NCBI GenBank assembly: GCA_965224705.1
Contig: OZ245056.1
Span: 2,880,001-2,944,000 of the forward strand
Reading direction: 5' to 3'
DNA from: Spirochaetaceae bacterium
Lineage (GTDB): Bacteria; Spirochaetota; Spirochaetia; DSM-2461
Length of the DNA: 64,000 nucleotides
Of the stretch, positions 20,892 through 32,124 are shown piece after piece; position 1 is the stretch's first letter, and every line of letters begins with the position of its first letter. The notes under the pieces were generated by a model, which worked only from the letters and a program-made list of their open reading frames with translations, had not been told where the DNA came from and ran no database searches. A program made the translations under genes and the position numbers.

Positions 20892-22349
20892 TCACTCCAC
20901 GATACGCAACTCACCCGTCGCGAAATCCTCGAATATCTCATAACCGGGCCAGTTCCACTCCCACTCCAGATACATATTGTCAATCTCCTCCATACGTCTG
21001 ATGACTGCATCCATCGCCGCCTCATTCTCCTGCGATGAACCGGCACCGTATTCAATGCCCCTTCGCTCCATCTCTCCCTGTGCATTGAAGGTATAAAATA
21101 CCGTGGCAATCCTCTCTCCTTCAGGACCCCAATAGTATTCGTAGACTGTCTGCTGATCATAATCGGAAGCCTCGGTCCTGATCATTCTGGCAAGCATGAT
21201 TCCCTGAAATTCGGGATAGTAATAGACAGCCGAACCCTCCAGGAATCTCAGCCCTGAATTCTCCCACTCTTGCGGTAGAGGAGTGACTTTGGCTGTATAA
21301 CCATCGGGGTAGAGGATAACCTCCGTACCGGCCTGAACCGAATAGGCCGCCGAGAAAACAAAATCCTCTGCCGCCACAAAGCGCCGGATATTTCCATCTT
21401 CAAAATAGAGTCTTTCTCCGCCTTTAACGGCTATACGGCCTCCCCAGAATGAGATTGTGAAGTCATTGACAGCCGTAATGAACTTGTACTCAGTCTCTTC
21501 GGAGTCCTGATAATTTACCGCACTTCCCCCCTGAAGCGCATTATTCGGTCCCCTCGGATAATCTGAGTCCAGTATAATGTGTTGCGTCTGGCCATTCTCG
21601 AAGTAATAGATTTCAGTAAATGGTTTAACCCTGGCTTTCTTAACTACATAGCCCCGATCTGATGCAGTCAGACGTGCCGCATAGCCGTCCTCATACCAAT
21701 AAAACGGATAGCTGCGGGCCGCGTACTCCAATACATGGGAATCTGTTTTTTTATTGAGAACCGCATAGGCAGGAAGACCGTTCTCATAGAAATAAATGGG
21801 GGAATCAAAATAAAATATTCCTTCAATTGGAACCAACACTCTCACCGGGCGGTCGGAAAGAATCCGTTTGAAGTTGCCATTCTCCCAAAAAAGCAGCTCT
21901 GAACCGGAGGGAACAACCACTTTCTGATTTCCGCTGGAAACGAAGTCCTCTGCTAACACAGCCTTTTTCAAATGATTGTTGCGATGGAATTCCGCTCTAT
22001 GATTACCCTTGAGAGAGAACGTTATATCATTAATGATATAAAACCAATCGTTCTTGAAAGTAATACTCTTCAATTGACCGCCCGCATACACTTCAATGAT
22101 TTCACCGGTCTCAACCGCAAAAATACCATACCGTATTGGATGCAGAAGCATGTAACGCCGGTAACCGTCCTTTTCCTCAAGCAGCCGGGCGTTCACAGGG
22201 TTCCGGACTTCCCTGACGAGAAAATCAATCATCCTTGATACTTCAGTGACCTGTGAAAATCTACTGAAAAGATCATTCTCGTCAGTTACTGTCCGGCAAC
22301 TGACGAGAATACTTAGCAGAACAAAAGCCCATACATTTCGGGGTTTCAT
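20892..22349 (-). CDS. Module E putative immunity lipoprotein with beta-repeats
   Basis: 485 aa, lipobox ILVSC, repeated (F/Y)(Y/W)ENG motifs; starts 4 bp after reconstructed toxin stop. Confidence 0.75.
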   Translation of the reverse strand: MKPRNVWAFVLLSILVSCRTVTDENDLFSRFSQVTEVSRMIDFLVREVRNPVNARLLEEKDGYRRYMLLHPIRYGIFAVETGEIIEVYAGGQLKSITFKNDWFYIINDITFSLKGNHRAEFHRNNHLKKAVLAEDFVSSGNQKVVVPSGSELLFWENGNFKRILSDRPVRVLVPIEGIFYFDSPIYFYENGLPAYAVLNKKTDSHVLEYAARSYPFYWYEDGYAARLTASDRGYVVKKARVKPFTEIYYFENGQTQHIILDSDYPRGPNNALQGGSAVNYQDSEETEYKFITAVNDFTISFWGGRIAVKGGERLYFEDGNIRRFVAAEDFVFSAAYSVQAGTEVILYPDGYTAKVTPLPQEWENSGLRFLEGSAVYYYPEFQGIMLARMIRTEASDYDQQTVYEYYWGPEGERIATVFYTFNAQGEMERRGIEYGAGSSQENEAAMDAVIRRMEEIDNMYLEWEWNWPGYEIFEDFATGELRIVE

Positions 22350-22409
22350 AGCATTACCGCCTTACAGTTATCTGAACACTGACTTTGATCTTCGGATCGC
22401 CGGGACTAA

Positions 22410-24093
22410 CCCCTATTTCTCACCAAGACCTTGAGACAAAGCAGGCTTCCCATGCTAAAATATTTATATGAAAAAAAATAACAAACAAAAAGAAGCCCGC
22501 TTTGCTAATACAGAGTGTAAAGCCCATCAGCTCGAATTGCAAGGGATGGAAATCGGAAAATCCCGCAAAATCATTGTAAAGAATGACGGCAAGGTCAACA
22601 GTTCCGATGCCGGATTTCTTCTCCTCCAGCAGGTTGAGCAGAAGCACAGAATTATTGAAAAGCTGTCAGATTTTTTCGCCGATAAAAGAGATCAGGAAAA
22701 AATTACACATAGCCTGACTACTCTTCTGAAACAGAGAATCTTCGGAATCTGTCAGGGCTATGAAGATCTCAATGATCATGAACGATTGCGCGATGATCCG
22801 CTGCTTCAATATATATGCGGGCGGGATGATAAAACGCCAGTTGCCGGAAAAAGCACCCTGAACAGATTGGAACTCGGCCATGAGCTGGATGAAAAAACCA
22901 GGGACCGGTACAGCAAAATCACCTGGAATGCCAGGGGGATTGAAGAGCTTCTCTGTCAACTGTTTCTTGAGAGTTTCGAGGAGCCGCCGGAAACCCTGAT
23001 TCTGGATTTTGATGCCACCGATATTCCCATCCACGGCGAGCAGCAGCAGCGGTTTTTTCACGGATATTACGATCACTACTGCTACCTTCCGCTCTATGTG
23101 TTCTGTGATGATTTTCCCCTGATCGCCCGGCTGCGGCCGTCCAGCCTGGATGCCTGTGAGGGTACCGAAGAGATTCTGGTCAAGCTGGTTGGCGCGATCA
23201 GGGCCAGATTTCCTGATGTCCGTATCATTTTCCGTGGAGACTCGGGCTTCTGCCGTGAGAGTATCCTGAAGCAGTGTGAGATATTGAAAATCAGATATAT
23301 CACCGGTATGGCAGGAAATACACGGCTGCTGAAGAAGATTGATCCGCAGATGGTTGAGGCTGAAAAGCTCTTCGGTAAAAGCAAAGAAGCCGAACGTGTT
23401 TTTACCCGTTTTTCCTGGAAGACCGAAAGCAGCTGGAGTCGCAATCGGGATGTCATTGCCAGGGTGGAACATCTGCCGGGCAAGAAAAATCCCCGCTTTA
23501 TTGTGACGGACATTTCTGCTGAAGAAGGGGATGCCCAATCGCTGTATGAAGATGTCTACTGTGCACGCGGCGATATGGAGAATCGCATCAAAGAACAGCA
23601 GCTTTATCTGTTTGCCGACCGCACCTCCACCTGGTGGATGAGTTCGAATCAGCTTCGATTGTATTTCTCGACAATCGCCTATATTTTCTTTGTCCATCTT
23701 CGAAGAACAATTCTGCAGGTCAGCGGTGATGAAACTCGAAGCATGTCCTCTACAATCCGATTAAGGATGCTTAAAGTTTCGGCCGCTGTAAAGATTACGG
23801 TTCGCCGAGTCTGGATCAGTCTTCCTGAGAGTTTTCCCTGGTGGGACATCTGGATACGAACATCCCGGGCCATCTGAGCGGTAATAAAAACAGTTGATAG
23901 TTCTCATCTGGATTCCCTGGGAAAGCTGTGCACCGAGGGTTGAAAAAATGCAAAAAAATCAGAAGAAATCGACTTAAATTGGACGGAAATAACAAGGATC
24001 AATCAACTGAAAACTTTTTGTTTGATATATTAGCGGAGAGAACAGAAATCCTCCAGGATTTTTATGCCGTTTTATTTTGGTGAGAAATAGGGG
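22410..24093 (+). mobile_element. IS1380-family element, intact
   Basis: IRs CCCCTATTTCTCACC / GGTGAGAAATAGGGG; 4-bp target duplication CTAA. Confidence 0.92.
22468..23877 (+). CDS. IS1380-family transposase
   Basis: 469 aa; SSDAG, GYEDLNDH, LDFDAT, RGDSGF, YCARGDMENRIKE. Confidence 0.92.
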   Translation: MKKNNKQKEARFANTECKAHQLELQGMEIGKSRKIIVKNDGKVNSSDAGFLLLQQVEQKHRIIEKLSDFFADKRDQEKITHSLTTLLKQRIFGICQGYEDLNDHERLRDDPLLQYICGRDDKTPVAGKSTLNRLELGHELDEKTRDRYSKITWNARGIEELLCQLFLESFEEPPETLILDFDATDIPIHGEQQQRFFHGYYDHYCYLPLYVFCDDFPLIARLRPSSLDACEGTEEILVKLVGAIRARFPDVRIIFRGDSGFCRESILKQCEILKIRYITGMAGNTRLLKKIDPQMVEAEKLFGKSKEAERVFTRFSWKTESSWSRNRDVIARVEHLPGKKNPRFIVTDISAEEGDAQSLYEDVYCARGDMENRIKEQQLYLFADRTSTWWMSSNQLRLYFSTIAYIFFVHLRRTILQVSGDETRSMSSTIRLRMLKVSAAVKITVRRVWISLPESFPWWDIWIRTSRAI

Positions 24094-25508
24094 CTAACAC
24101 GCACTTCCCACGGTTTTGCGGTAAGAGTCACGAAATCGGTCACTTGGGCGGTAAGTGTGAATCTGCCATTCTCTCCAAACGGCGCACCGAGAGTTCCCGT
24201 AACCGTGGGCCCGATACTGAGTTCGCTGTCCAAACTGAAATTCGCTGTAAGACTTGTAGCAAGATAGAAGGAAGTCTTTTGGGGATCGGCATATGAAACG
24301 GTGAATCTATCCCAATCGATTTTTTTTTCTGAGACCAGAACCCAATGGACCAACAGGATCAACTGGAGTATCATCAGGATCATCATCCAAGTCACTAGCA
24401 GTTGGTGAAGGGAGTGAAGGGGGTGAGGGGGGGGGGGGGGGAAGCCGAAGGCACCTTGAGACCAATTCGTTGGGAAATTCGTTGCCTGTGGTAGATAAGG
24501 GGCTCCCTTCCACTCACCGTCAGCCTCACTGTCGTCTGGCGCAGCCCCATCCTCCGCACTCAACCCCCAAGGATCAACATAATTCACCGGATCATTCCCC
24601 GTATACACATACCAGTTCATCCCATCCCGAATCGGATCAACCGTCGTAAACCGTCCCAATTCAGGCCGGTAATCTCTGTACCCGTAGTTATACAGCCCCG
24701 TAAGCGGATCAAAAGGCTTCCCAACATACCCCCTCCGGTCGGTTTCAATGCTTGCTTCTAAAGGGGAGCCAAACACATCGTAATCGTATGAATCTTCCAG
24801 CTGACCCGAAACGGTAAAGGCCGCCTGGACCGTCCCATGAAAGTCTCCAGTGTAATAACTCTGATTCCCCCCGCCGTCTATCTCAGCCAAAGCACGGCTT
24901 CCGGCGATCAGAAAACTCCGGCTCCGATGGCCGCTGACCGCCGGTCTCACATCCGGTTCGCAGCGTCGGTAGCGGGTGGGGGCGGCGTTGTTAAGAGCAT
25001 CCACCCGAAGATCATTTTCCAGCTGCATGGGGATGGTGCCGATTTGGGTTCGCTCTTCCATGGGATTCAAGCCGATAGCCGCCGCTAAAATGCGCCCTTT
25101 GCGTTCCAGGCGGGGCTATCTCTTTCCAAACCGCCAGAACTTCGGCATCACCGCTGTTTTTCAGGGTGCGAAACTGATTCAAAGCCCCCTCGCCCGGTGA
25201 AAAATAGTAGGCGCTGCTTAAATCGGGGTCATAAAGTTCCGGATAGACTTTTGATTTATCGCTGACCAATTTCATAATATCGGCTTTCAGTGTAACTTCG
25301 CCGGGGTCGGAGTTCAACAGGTATTGGATAAAAGAATCCCCTCCGGGGGAACGCTGCTGCGGGAAAAGCCCCGCATCCAGACGATCTCTGTAGCTTTTTA
25401 TGAGAATCTCATCCGAAAAGGGGTAGCTGACACGGGCCAGACGGTCCATATCGTCGTACTCGAATTCCCCGGTTCATCACATCGCATTCAAATCGGGTAT
25501 CCTGATTA

Positions 25509-26009
25509 TTAAAAATTCTGGTTCAAATACATCCATAAAATACGATCATTTTTTTCTGGGTAATCATTGGAACTATTCTTTATATCAAACACGAGAATCC
25601 ACTTTGATGGTAACTCAATAGTATATCCCCATCCATAAACTTTTTTTACGTCAAAATTTTTATTCAATACAACCTCTTCAAATGTCATTCCAACATGATA
25701 ACCTTCAGGGGTATAGAAAGTAATATCATTCGTTGAGATATGTTTAATAATGAAATTATCATCAACTCCAACAGTAAATATCTTATTTTCTACAAATATA
25801 GTATATCCATTCAGCATGGAACTTGGAGAAGTCAATATAACTTTCTTCTTCTTTATTTCAAATTGACTTATATCAAAAAAAGCTTCAATTGCAATACTAT
25901 TCATATTTAGTATTCCCTCTCCATTCGATAGCAAGATCATATCTTCAGTAAAACCAAGTAAACAAACACATAATAAAAAATGAAATAAAAAAACTTTCTT
26001 TAACATCAC
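25509..26009 (-). CDS. Module F putative exported immunity protein (toxin removed by IS1380)
   Basis: 166 aa, signal peptide, very AT-rich; only a short toxin tail (NVEYYSGCED*) remains upstream. Confidence 0.7.
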   Translation of the reverse strand: MMLKKVFLFHFLLCVCLLGFTEDMILLSNGEGILNMNSIAIEAFFDISQFEIKKKKVILTSPSSMLNGYTIFVENKIFTVGVDDNFIIKHISTNDITFYTPEGYHVGMTFEEVVLNKNFDVKKVYGWGYTIELPSKWILVFDIKNSSNDYPEKNDRILWMYLNQNF

Positions 26010-26043
26010 TAATCTTCACACCCCGAGTAGTATTCTACATTAG

Positions 26044-27726
26044 CCCCTATTTCTCACCAAGACCTTGAGACAAAGCAGGCTTCCCATGCTAAAATATTTA
26101 TATGAAAAAAAATAACAAACGAAAAGAAGCCCGCTTTGCTAATACAGAGTGTAAAGCCCATCAGCTCGAATTGCAAGGGATGGAAATCGGAAAATCCCGC
26201 AAAATCATTGTAAAGAATGACGGCAAGGTCAACAGTTCCGATGCCGGATTTCTTCTCCTCCAGCAGGTTGAGCAGAAGCACAGAATTATTGAAAAGCTGT
26301 CAGATTTTTTCACCGATAAAAGAGATCAGGAAAAAATTACACATAGCCTGGCTACTCTTCTGAAACAGAGAATCTTCGGAATCTGTCAGGGCTATGAAGA
26401 TCTCAATGATCATGAACGATTGCGCGATGATCCGCTGCTTCAGTATATATGCGGGCGGGATGATAAAACGCCAGTTGCCGGAAAAAGCACCCTGAACAGA
26501 TTGGAACTCGGCCATGAACTGGATGAAAAAACCAGGGACCGGTACAGCAAAATCACCTGGAATGCCAGGGGGATTGAAGAGCTTCTCTGTCAACTGTTTC
26601 TTGAGAGTTTCGAGGAGCCGCCGGAAACCCTGATTCTGGATTTTGATGCCACCGACATTCCCATCCACGGCGAGCAGCAGCAGCGGTTTTTTCACGGATA
26701 TTACGATCACTACTGCTACCTTCCGCTCTACGTGTTCTGTGATGATTTTCCCCTGATCGCCCGGCTGCGGCCGTCCAGCCTGGATGCCTGTGAGGGTACC
26801 GAAGAGATTCTGGTCAAGCTGGTTGGCGCGATCAGGGCCAGATTTCCTGATGTCCGTATCATTTTCCGTGGAGACTCGGGCTTCTGCCGTGAGAGTATCC
26901 TGAAGCAGTGTGAGATATTGAAAATCAGATATATCACCGGTATGGCAGGAAATACACGGCTGCTGAAGAAGATTGATCCGCAGATGGTTGAGGCTGAAAA
27001 GCTCTTCGGTAAAAGCGGAGAAGCCGAACGTGTTTTTACCCGTTTTTCCTGGAAGACCGAAAGCAGCTGGAGTCGCAATCGGGATGTCATTGCCAGGGCG
27101 GAACATCTGCCGGGCAAGAAAAATCCCCGCTTTATTGTGACGGACATTTCTGTTGAAGAAGGGGATGCCCAATCGCTGTATGAAGATGTCTACTGTGCAC
27201 GCGGCGATATGAAAATCGCATCAAAGAACAGCAGCTTTATCTGTTTGCCGACCGCACCTCCTCCTGGTGGATGAGTTCGAATCAGCTCCGATTGTACTTT
27301 TCGACAATCGCCTATATATTCTTTGTCCATCTTCGAAGAACAATTCTGCAGGTCAGCGGTGATGAAACCCGAAGCATGTCCTCTACAATCCGATTAAGGA
27401 TGCTTAAAGTTTCGGCCGTTGTAAAGATGACGGTTCGCCGAGTCTGGATCAGTCTTCCGGAGAGTTTTCCCTGGTGGGACATCTGGATACGGACAGCCCG
27501 GGCCATCTGAGCGGTAATAAAAGCAGCTGATAGTTCTCATCTGGATTCCCCGGGAAAGGTGTGCACCGAGGGTTGAAAAAACGGAAGAAAATCAGAAGAA
27601 ATCGACTTAAATTGGACGGAAATAACAAGGAACAATCAACTGGAAACTTTTTGTTTGATATATTAGCGGAGAGAACAGAAATCCTCCAGGATTTTTATGC
27701 AGTTTTATGTTGGTGAGAAATAGGGG
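26044..27726 (+). mobile_element. IS1380-family element copy 2, transposase frameshifted
   Basis: Near-identical to 22410-24093; 1-bp loss near 27211; flanks TTAG vs ATAGGGGTTAA do not match, suggesting adjacent rearrangement. Confidence 0.9.
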
Positions 27727-27753
27727 ATAGGGGTTAACGGCGGCTTTTAAGGT

Positions 27754-27814
27754 GAGCCTTCGGCTCCTCTTCCACCATGCCGCTACTGCGGCGGATAAGC
27801 ATTCCGTGCTTATC
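27754..27814 (-). other. Three short hairpins downstream of putative DGR variable region
   Basis: Minus strand: GATAAGCA-cggaa-TGCTTATC, GCCGC-agta-GCGGC, GAGCC-gaa-GGCTC. Confidence 0.7.
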
Positions 27815-27836
27815 TCAAAAGGTAAAAACCAAAAAT

Positions 27837-29657
27837 TTACATCCTCCGAACAGGGCGGAAGCCGAAGTTGCGGTAGCTAATGCCAGGCGAACTGTCGTTG
27901 CGATAGGCAGACCGCAAGTACCCGCCGCGGCGGTTCCAGCTACCGCCGCGTAGCACGCGGAACGACCCGTTAGACGGCCCCCTGGGGTCTCTCTGCCTGC
28001 TGCTTGAATAATCTCCATACCAATCCCAGCACCACTCATACACATTCCCGCTCATGTCATACAGTCCCAGTTCATTGGCCTGCTTCTGCCCCACTGGGTG
28101 GGTTTGACCTCCAGAGTTATCATCATACCAACTCACACTGCCCAACGAATTGCCCCCAGAATACTTGTAGCCCCGGGATTTCTTTCCTCCCCGGGCCGCA
28201 TACTCCCACTCGGCTTCCGTCGGCAAGCGATAACCATCCGCACTCCAGTTCGCCGTTACACTGTTTCCGTTTATTTGGTACACCGGTGTTCGTCCCTCCT
28301 TCTTGCTTAACCAATTGCAGTACTCCACCGCTCCATACCAGGTTTGCTCTATCACCGGGGTATTCAGCGATGCGGCATACGAGGAACCGGTGAACTTAAA
28401 TCGTCCACCTGAATAGTCTATGGCTACATCCTCATCATCCATATCAATAATCTCATTGCCGTTAAGTTCCCCTGTTCGGGATACTCCGGCTGAATTCAGA
28501 AATGTCAGAAATTCCTGATGCGTTACCTCGGTAGCCTTCATATAAAACGATCCCACCGTTACGCTGTGCTGCGGCCCTTCATCATCATCCCTGGACACTT
28601 CATTTGACGGGCTCCCCATCCGAAACGTGCCCCCTTCCACCAGCACATAACCCTCAAGCCCGTCAGGCCGCTCCACCCAGCTAAAGGCCACGGCCAGAAA
28701 GCGGTTTACCTGTACCGTGATGGTTTTGCTTTCGCTTTTGCCCCCATAGCGCATCTCCAGGTTATGCCGACCGGCGGGGATGTCGGTGAGTTTGGCCCTG
28801 GAACCGGTTGGAATCCGGCCCATGGATTTTCCATCCAGGTACAGGGTGCCCGGTGTTTGAACTGATACCTCCAGGCTGCCGTAGCTCTTCTCCAGGCTGA
28901 ACGACGGGGTATTGGGGCGGGCAGATGGGGACCCCGAGACTCCGGCCAGGTAGATGTCGGTTTCCAGCATGCTGTATTCGCCGGGACGCTGGCGGTTTCC
29001 CGATGCCTGCCGCACATCACGGCGGGTGTTCATCAGAATGTCGGTGAGGCTCATTCCCGGACGGGTGAGGTACTTGAGCAGGGTGGGAGTGAACAGGCCG
29101 TCCTGGGCGGTTTCTCCGGCATCCGCCGCGTAGACGACGATGCTGTTGGGCGGCGCGTCCACACGGGCCAGGCCGCGGGCCGCGCTGCGGCCAAAGGGGC
29201 TTTCACGGCAGGCATCCAGTATCACGATGTTGGCATCGGCCCGAGCGGATGCCATCGCCGATACCACATCGGCCACGTTGATGCCCCGGGTTCGAGCCTG
29301 CCCTTCATCAGGAATGTCGCGCTCGGTGGGCAGCAGATAGTTCTGTCCGCCCACCTGCACGCCGTGGCCGCCGTAGTGGAACAGGGCAATGCCGCCTCTG
29401 GCCTTTATCTCTTCTTCAAACATGGCGAACAGGGCATCAAACCGTTCCTGGTTCTGCACGTTGTAGGCCCGTATTACCTTGAAACCGATGTTTTCCAGGG
29501 CCGCGGCCATTTTTTCGGCCTCGGGCACCGGGTTGGCCAGCGCGGCAAAGTTGTTCTTATAATTGCCGTTGCCGATGACAAGGGCTGTTTTGTTCTGGGC
29601 CAGCAGCATCATGGCTGTTATGGTAAGGGCCGCAAGTAGAAGGATGCGTCTTTTCAT
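27837..29657 (-). CDS. Exported caspase-like (C14) + PEGA + FGE-sulfatase/CLec protein; probable DGR target
   Basis: RBS AGGAG then MKRRILLL signal peptide; YGGHG and ILDACR dyad; GYRLPTEAEWEYAARGG, GLYDMSGNVYEW, RVLRGGSW...GFRP. Confidence 0.9.
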   Translation of the reverse strand: MKRRILLLAALTITAMMLLAQNKTALVIGNGNYKNNFAALANPVPEAEKMAAALENIGFKVIRAYNVQNQERFDALFAMFEEEIKARGGIALFHYGGHGVQVGGQNYLLPTERDIPDEGQARTRGINVADVVSAMASARADANIVILDACRESPFGRSAARGLARVDAPPNSIVVYAADAGETAQDGLFTPTLLKYLTRPGMSLTDILMNTRRDVRQASGNRQRPGEYSMLETDIYLAGVSGSPSARPNTPSFSLEKSYGSLEVSVQTPGTLYLDGKSMGRIPTGSRAKLTDIPAGRHNLEMRYGGKSESKTITVQVNRFLAVAFSWVERPDGLEGYVLVEGGTFRMGSPSNEVSRDDDEGPQHSVTVGSFYMKATEVTHQEFLTFLNSAGVSRTGELNGNEIIDMDDEDVAIDYSGGRFKFTGSSYAASLNTPVIEQTWYGAVEYCNWLSKKEGRTPVYQINGNSVTANWSADGYRLPTEAEWEYAARGGKKSRGYKYSGGNSLGSVSWYDDNSGGQTHPVGQKQANELGLYDMSGNVYEWCWDWYGDYSSSRQRDPRGPSNGSFRVLRGGSWNRRGGYLRSAYRNDSSPGISYRNFGFRPVRRM

Positions 29658-29724
29658 TTCAAGGCTCCTTTTTCTGTATGGAGGTGATTTTATTCGATTT
29701 TTTCGGGGGGACACAAGAAAAAAG

Positions 29725-30911
29725 TTATGAATCATAAAAAACCGCCAGTTCCCTGCCCTTAAACCCTGCCCCCAGAACAAGCAGGCGCTCAGGATGCCAC
29801 TTTTCTCTGACCCCGTCCAGATATTTTTCTACCGCCTGGGTATGGGCTTCACGGGCTAAATCTTCCAGGGCTTTGCCGTTCTTCGCTGTTCCATGTTTGA
29901 ATTCCAAAAGAACGGCTTCCTCGGCCTGGGCCGGATTGTTTCCCTTCTTGACAACCACGATGTCCGGACGGCCCTCACCGTATTCCCGATTGCTCTCAAC
30001 GGGCTTAAGTCAGAATTATCGGGGCTTAAGTCAGGACGAAGGATTTGGTTTGCAGACAAGGCGGAAAAGCCGCTTAAAAGCGCAGTGTATGCTTATACAT
30101 GAGCATTTTAAGCGGCTTTTTCAACGCCGTATGCGGGCCAAAGACGAGTTCTGACTTAAGCCCCGGCTCAGGCAGGCCAGAAGACCCAGTACCAGGCCGT
30201 GGTAGAAGTTTTCCCGTCTGGATTCCTCGTCTTCCCCCTCCTCTTTACTCCTGGCCGTATCATGGTAGCTGGCCAAACCGCGAAAAATGCGGGAAAGTCT
30301 CCGTTCTATGTGCCTGGGACTGGCTTCCTGGATGCCGATAACGAAGTCCGTGAAGTGTCGTTTATCTTTATGTCTTCTTTAAGCCAGCGGGAAATAACGG
30401 TAATCCAGGCGGTTTCCACTTCCAGGTTGGGAATGGCGAGCCGCCATGTTATGAGCCTGTGTTCCTGCTACCTTTCGGAGGCCTTCAGGTAGCCGCTGTG
30501 GAGAAGAAAGCTCCATACTACTTCCGGATCGCTTTCTATCTGGGGGTAGGGAATGTTGGTCAACAGGGGTTTGCGGACTTCTTCCTTCCGCAGGAGTTTT
30601 TCTATGGTCATTTTGGCTTCCCGGCGGTCTAATTTGATGACATCCTTGATTAGCCTGTTGTCGCTGGTGCCTATCCAGTGGGGCATCAACTCTTCCTCGG
30701 GTGAGCGCAGATAGTTGACGATGCTCCAGGGGTTGTAGATGACGGTGTCCCCGCCGAAGAGGTAGCCGTTGTACCATTCCTTGATTCCGTCCATTTCGTC
30801 TTCCAGTCTGAAGTAGGCGGCCATTGCCTCCACTTCCTCTTCAGTGAAACCAAAGCAGTCCTTCATGGCCGAAGAAAGGATGGTGGAGACCCTGGGATTG
30901 TTAAAGTCGCT
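29725..30911 (-). pseudogene. 3' half of AAA-ATPase-like / PD-(D/E)XK nuclease gene
   Basis: SDFNNP...FGFTEEEV...WYNGY...YNPWS...FYHGL...SNREYG.GR.D...LEFK; paralogue of 50376-52142; cut by IS at 30912 and MITE at 30021. Confidence 0.8.
30021..30164. mobile_element. Palindromic MITE/REP-like element
   Basis: 14-bp TIR GGGGCTTAAGTCAG; internal 15-bp IR aaaagccgcttaaaa/ttttaagcggctttt; extra end at 30001; related half at about 53670-53720. Confidence 0.7.
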
Positions 30912-31719
30912 GAGCCTCTTCAAAAACTCATCAAATTGAATTATTTTGTAATCCGCATTTGAAATCACGATGAAAAAATGGCCACATCCGCTACACTGTT
31001 TTCAACATAAAGAAGACCGGGGGACCATGAAGACCGTACCAGAAATCATAGGCGGAGCGCAAACCCTGCTGCCGCTTGACTACGAAATACAGGATTGTTT
31101 TCCCGAACTGCTGAGTTGCGAACACCGCTCTTTTCTCCATCATCTTCGGGTTAGAGAACATTTGCCACAGGGGTTCTTTATCCACAGGCAAAAGACGGGC
31201 CGTCCCTATGGAGGAGATAGGAAATACTTCCGTGCATTTTTAGCTAAAGCGTTTTTAGGTTTGGAATCGACCAAGAAACTCATCGGCCGCCTTCGTGCAG
31301 ATGTGAACCTGCGTTATCTCTGCGGTTTCGTGGGTAAGAGTGGTTTGAGCGAAGCGACGTTCAGTACTCGTTTTGCTCTGTTGGCAAAATCGGAACTGCT
31401 CCAAAAGGAGGCGGCCTGGGGTGGGAAGAAGAACTCATCGGGAAATACTTACTATTTGGAAGGGAGGTAAGCTGCATCTTGATCCTGCGAAGAAGGAGCG
31501 TTACAAAATACGTTCCTCGGTGGAGGAAGCGGCATAGATGGAATGGGCCAAGATTCCTGTTTTTGGGGAGACGTATGTCCGAAACATAGAGAAATGGTTT
31601 TTTTATGTAAAAAACTTGGCAAAAGCTCCATTTTCAATGAGAATTTGGTCGAGGTAGCATCAGGGGCAGCGACATTACTTCTCTAGCTGATACCTTGTAG
31701 AGAGTTTTTGAATTAGCTC
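30912..31719 (+). mobile_element. IS5/IS1182-like (DUF772-type) element, internally deleted
   Basis: IRs gagcctcttcaaaaactc / gagtttttgaattagctc; LRYLCGF...SEATFSTRF fused to AAWGGKKNS. Confidence 0.7.
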
Positions 31720-31730
31720 ATTAGGTGTTT

Positions 31731-32102
31731 TTATTCACCATGAATATAGCCAATTATTCTTCCATCTGATTTTGATATCTTAATATGTGGTACTCCACCA
31801 CCCCAATAGCCACTTTCTATAGTATGTGGGAATGTCCCTTTGATATACCAGACAGTTCCATTATCTGTCAACGCTGCAATAAATGGCCTTTTCTTCAGAA
31901 CTTCCTCTCCATAGACATTGACCAGTATTGCCTCTGCTATTTTGATTGCGACTTCTTCATTTGGGACGAAACCTTCTTTTTTCCATATAACTAGTCTAGC
32001 ACCGATATCAGGATCTTCTTCTTCATTTTTTTTAAAATCTTGTGATGAAGCCATTGAAACAATCAGAAATAAATAAATTGAAAACGACCATATTTTTTTC
32101 AT
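31731..32102 (-). CDS. Module G orphan immunity protein, NTF2-fold (YbbC/YhhH-like)
   Basis: VPNEEVAIKIAEAILVNVYG...RPF...WYIKGT...GGVPHIKISKSDGRII...HG; signal peptide; RBS GAGG. Confidence 0.8.
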   Translation of the reverse strand: MKKIWSFSIYLFLIVSMASSQDFKKNEEEDPDIGARLVIWKKEGFVPNEEVAIKIAEAILVNVYGEEVLKKRPFIAALTDNGTVWYIKGTFPHTIESGYWGGGVPHIKISKSDGRIIGYIHGE

Positions 32103-32124
32103 GTTTACCTCAATCAATTATTTT

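Larger units (their letters stand above)
22354..25508 (-). pseudogene. Module E: Rhs core fragment plus unknown tip interrupted by IS1380
   Basis: NDPVNYVDPWGL; removing the IS gives PWEVRVSPGDPKIKVSVQITVRR*; same core deletion as module B. Confidence 0.85.
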
